Positions 62,000 to 64,000 of a stretch of 64,000 nt of DNA are shown here, piece by piece (position 1 is the first letter of the stretch; each line of letters begins with the position of its first letter). The translations under genes were made by a program, and so were the position numbers. This stretch comes from Anaeromyxobacteraceae bacterium (lineage in GTDB: Bacteria; Myxococcota; Myxococcia; Myxococcales; Anaeromyxobacteraceae). A model generated the notes under the pieces. It searched no databases, had not been told where the DNA came from, and worked only from the letters and a program-made list of their open reading frames with translations. The stretch lies in assembly GCA_032654565.1 (NCBI GenBank), contig JAULAX010000013.1, positions 1 to 64,000 of the forward strand, in the 5' to 3' direction.

Positions 62000-64000
62000 A
62001 TGGAGAACGAGCAGCAGCCCGAGGCCACGGCCTCGACGGCGTCCGACTACGTCTCGGACGCATCCTTCGACGAGATGAACCTGGCGGAGCCCCTCCGCCG
62101 CGCCATCGCCGAGCACGGCTACACCAAGCCGACCCCGGTGCAGTCGCGCACCTTCCGCCCGGTCCGCGATGGCAAGGACGTCATCGTCCGCTCCAAGACC
62201 GGCACCGGCAAGACCGCCGCCTTCGCCATCCCCATGCTGGAGCGGATCCCCGACGGCCGGCGCAAGCCCTCGGCGCTGGTGATGTGCCCGACCCGCGAGC
62301 TGGCCATCCAGGTCGGCCAGGAGTTCGAGGCCCTGGCCAAGCACCGCGACCTCTCGGTGGTGACCATCTACGGCGGGGCCTCCATGGGCGAGCAGCTCGA
62401 CAAGCTCAAGGCCGGGGCCGAGATCGTGGTGGGCACGCCGGGGCGCATCTTCGACCACATCCGCCGCAAGACCCTGGTGCTCGAGGAGTGCCTGGTCTCG
62501 GTGCTGGACGAGGCCGACGAGATGCTCAACATGGGCTTCTTCGAGGAGGTCACCCGCATCCTCGACCACTTGCCCAGCACCTGCCAGCAGCTGCTCTTCT
62601 CGGCCACCGTCCCGGCCGACATCGAGCAGATCATCAAGCAGTACCTGACCACCCCGGAGACCATCCTGCTCTCCGGCGACGAGTACCGCGTCGACAACAT
62701 CCACAACGTGCTCTACCACACGGTCGACGCCTACCCGAAGCCGCGCAACCTGCTCTACATGATCGAGCAGGAGGAGCCGGAGACGGCCATCGTCTTCTGC
62801 AACACCCGCAGCGACACCTCGCTGGTCTGCGCCGTGCTCAACCGCAACGGCTACGACGCCGAGCTGCTCAACGGCGACCTGCAGCAGAAGGAGCGCGAGC
62901 GGGTCATGGCCAAGGTGAAGCGCGGCGAGGTCCGCTTCATGGTGGCCACCGACATCGCGGCGCGCGGCATCGACATCTCCGACCTGTCGCACGTGGTCAA
63001 CTACTCGCTGCCCGAGGACCCCTCGGTCTTCATGCACCGGGTCGGCCGCACCGGCCGCATCGGCAAGAAGGGCACCAGCCTGTCGCTGGTCTCCGGCGCC
63101 GAGATCATGACGCTGTCGGCGCTGCAGAAGAAGTTCAGCATCGACTTCGAGGAGCGCAAGCTACCCACCCCCGAGGAGGCCAAGGGGCGCTGGACCGAGC
63201 GCCACGTCGCCGAGCTGAAGGAGGCCATGAGCGCCTCGATCTTCGAGGCCTACATCCCGCTCTCGCAGCAGCTCAAGGCGCGCCCCGACGGCGACTACCT
63301 GGTGGCCTTCGCGCTCAAGTACTTCTTCACCCACCACCGCATCGAGAAGATGACGGACCTGCAGAAGGCCGAGCACAAGCGGGTGGAGCACGAGCGCAAG
63401 GAGACGCTGGAGAAGAGCTTCGTCAAGGATCGCGAGCGCGAGAGCCGGGGCCCCCGCGAGGGGCGCCGCGGCGAGCGTGACCGCGGGCCGCGGGGGGACC
63501 GCGAGGAGCGGCCCCGCGAGGCGAGGCCGCCGCGCGAGGACCGTCCCCGGCCCCCGCGCGAGGACCGCCCCCGCCCGCCGCGCGAGGAGCGTCCGGCCGC
63601 GGTCGACGCCGATCTGGCCGGCATCCCCACCATCGAGGTCTCGGCCACCCTGGAGGACTCGGCGGAGCGGACCGCCTCCCCGGTGCGCCAGACGCCGGCC
63701 CGGGAGGTCTCCGCGGAGCGCGGGGCCCCGGGCGAGCGCGAGCCCGCCGTGAGGCGTGACGGCGGCGCCCGCGCCGAGGGCGGCGAGCCCAGCCCGTCGC
63801 GCGGCCGGGTCTTCATCTCCTGGGGCGAGGAGGCCGGCGCCGACGAGGCCAAGGTGCGGGCGCTGGTCGCCGCCAGCGTGCCGGGCACCGAGCCGTCGCT
63901 GGTGGAGCTGCGGCGCAGCCACACCTTCGTGGAGGTGGCCCCCGAGGCGGTCGACGCGCTGGTGACGGCGCTCAACGGCAAGCTCCAGGGCGAGCAGCCG
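62000..64000 (+). CDS. DEAD-box RNA helicase (DeaD/CsdA-like, C-terminal DbpA RNA-binding domain), 3' end beyond the window
   Basis: GYTKPTPVQ, SKTGTGKT, PTRELA, DEAD, SAT, ARGID, HRVGRTGR; absent from the ORF track because no stop lies in the window. Confidence 0.93.
   Translation, partial: MENEQQPEATASTASDYVSDASFDEMNLAEPLRRAIAEHGYTKPTPVQSRTFRPVRDGKDVIVRSKTGTGKTAAFAIPMLERIPDGRRKPSALVMCPTRELAIQVGQEFEALAKHRDLSVVTIYGGASMGEQLDKLKAGAEIVVGTPGRIFDHIRRKTLVLEECLVSVLDEADEMLNMGFFEEVTRILDHLPSTCQQLLFSATVPADIEQIIKQYLTTPETILLSGDEYRVDNIHNVLYHTVDAYPKPRNLLYMIEQEEPETAIVFCNTRSDTSLVCAVLNRNGYDAELLNGDLQQKERERVMAKVKRGEVRFMVATDIAARGIDISDLSHVVNYSLPEDPSVFMHRVGRTGRIGKKGTSLSLVSGAEIMTLSALQKKFSIDFEERKLPTPEEAKGRWTERHVAELKEAMSASIFEAYIPLSQQLKARPDGDYLVAFALKYFFTHHRIEKMTDLQKAEHKRVEHERKETLEKSFVKDRERESRGPREGRRGERDRGPRGDREERPREARPPREDRPRPPREDRPRPPREERPAAVDADLAGIPTIEVSATLEDSAERTASPVRQTPAREVSAERGAPGEREPAVRRDGGARAEGGEPSPSRGRVFISWGEEAGADEAKVRALVAASVPGTEPSLVELRRSHTFVEVAPEAVDALVTALNGKLQGEQP
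63530..63597 (+). repeat. In-frame 24-bp tandem repeat (PREDRPRP, about 3 copies) in the helicase charged linker
   Basis: CCGCGCGAGGACCGTCCCCGGCCC / CCGCGCGAGGACCGCCCCCGCCCG / CCGCGCGAGGAGCGTCCG. Confidence 0.75.

Overview
GC-rich chromosomal window, most likely from an Anaeromyxobacter-like member of the Myxococcota (judged from my recognition of the 16S/23S rRNA and gene content; no database search was run). Left part (1-20.4 kb): frameshifted LOG gene, Cu(I) P1B-ATPase, lpxB, GT2, marC, acyl-CoA ligase, a GTPase-degenerate EF-G paralogue, a lipid A/inner-core cluster (msbA-PHP-waaA-GT9-lpxK-lpxL-hldA-hldC-Trm112) and yicC-gmk. Middle (20.4-32.3 kb): complete rrn operon (16S-tRNA-Ile-tRNA-Ala-23S-5S) behind five regularly spaced sigma70-type promoters, then mtnP and a TetR-MFP-RND unit. 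An accessory, lipoprotein-rich block (about 32.3-53.8 kb) ends at the 3' end of tRNA-Asn. It holds a collapsed sensor-kinase remnant, an MlaE/F/D-type MCE operon whose ATPase has lost every catalytic motif, two Kelch lipoprotein plus outer-membrane-partner gene pairs, a PAP2-eptA lipid A modification pair, an HEXXH metallopeptidase lipoprotein and a PAS hybrid kinase. Right part: SirB1-like protein, 2Fe-2S ferredoxin, HAD hydrolase, pseudokinase, vWA/GATase-like plus DUF4159 pair, RpoH-family sigma factor, and a DEAD-box helicase with a structured 5' leader (gene runs off the window). About ten genes look leaderless. I saw no CRISPR array, integrase or transposase. All functional calls come from motif recognition.
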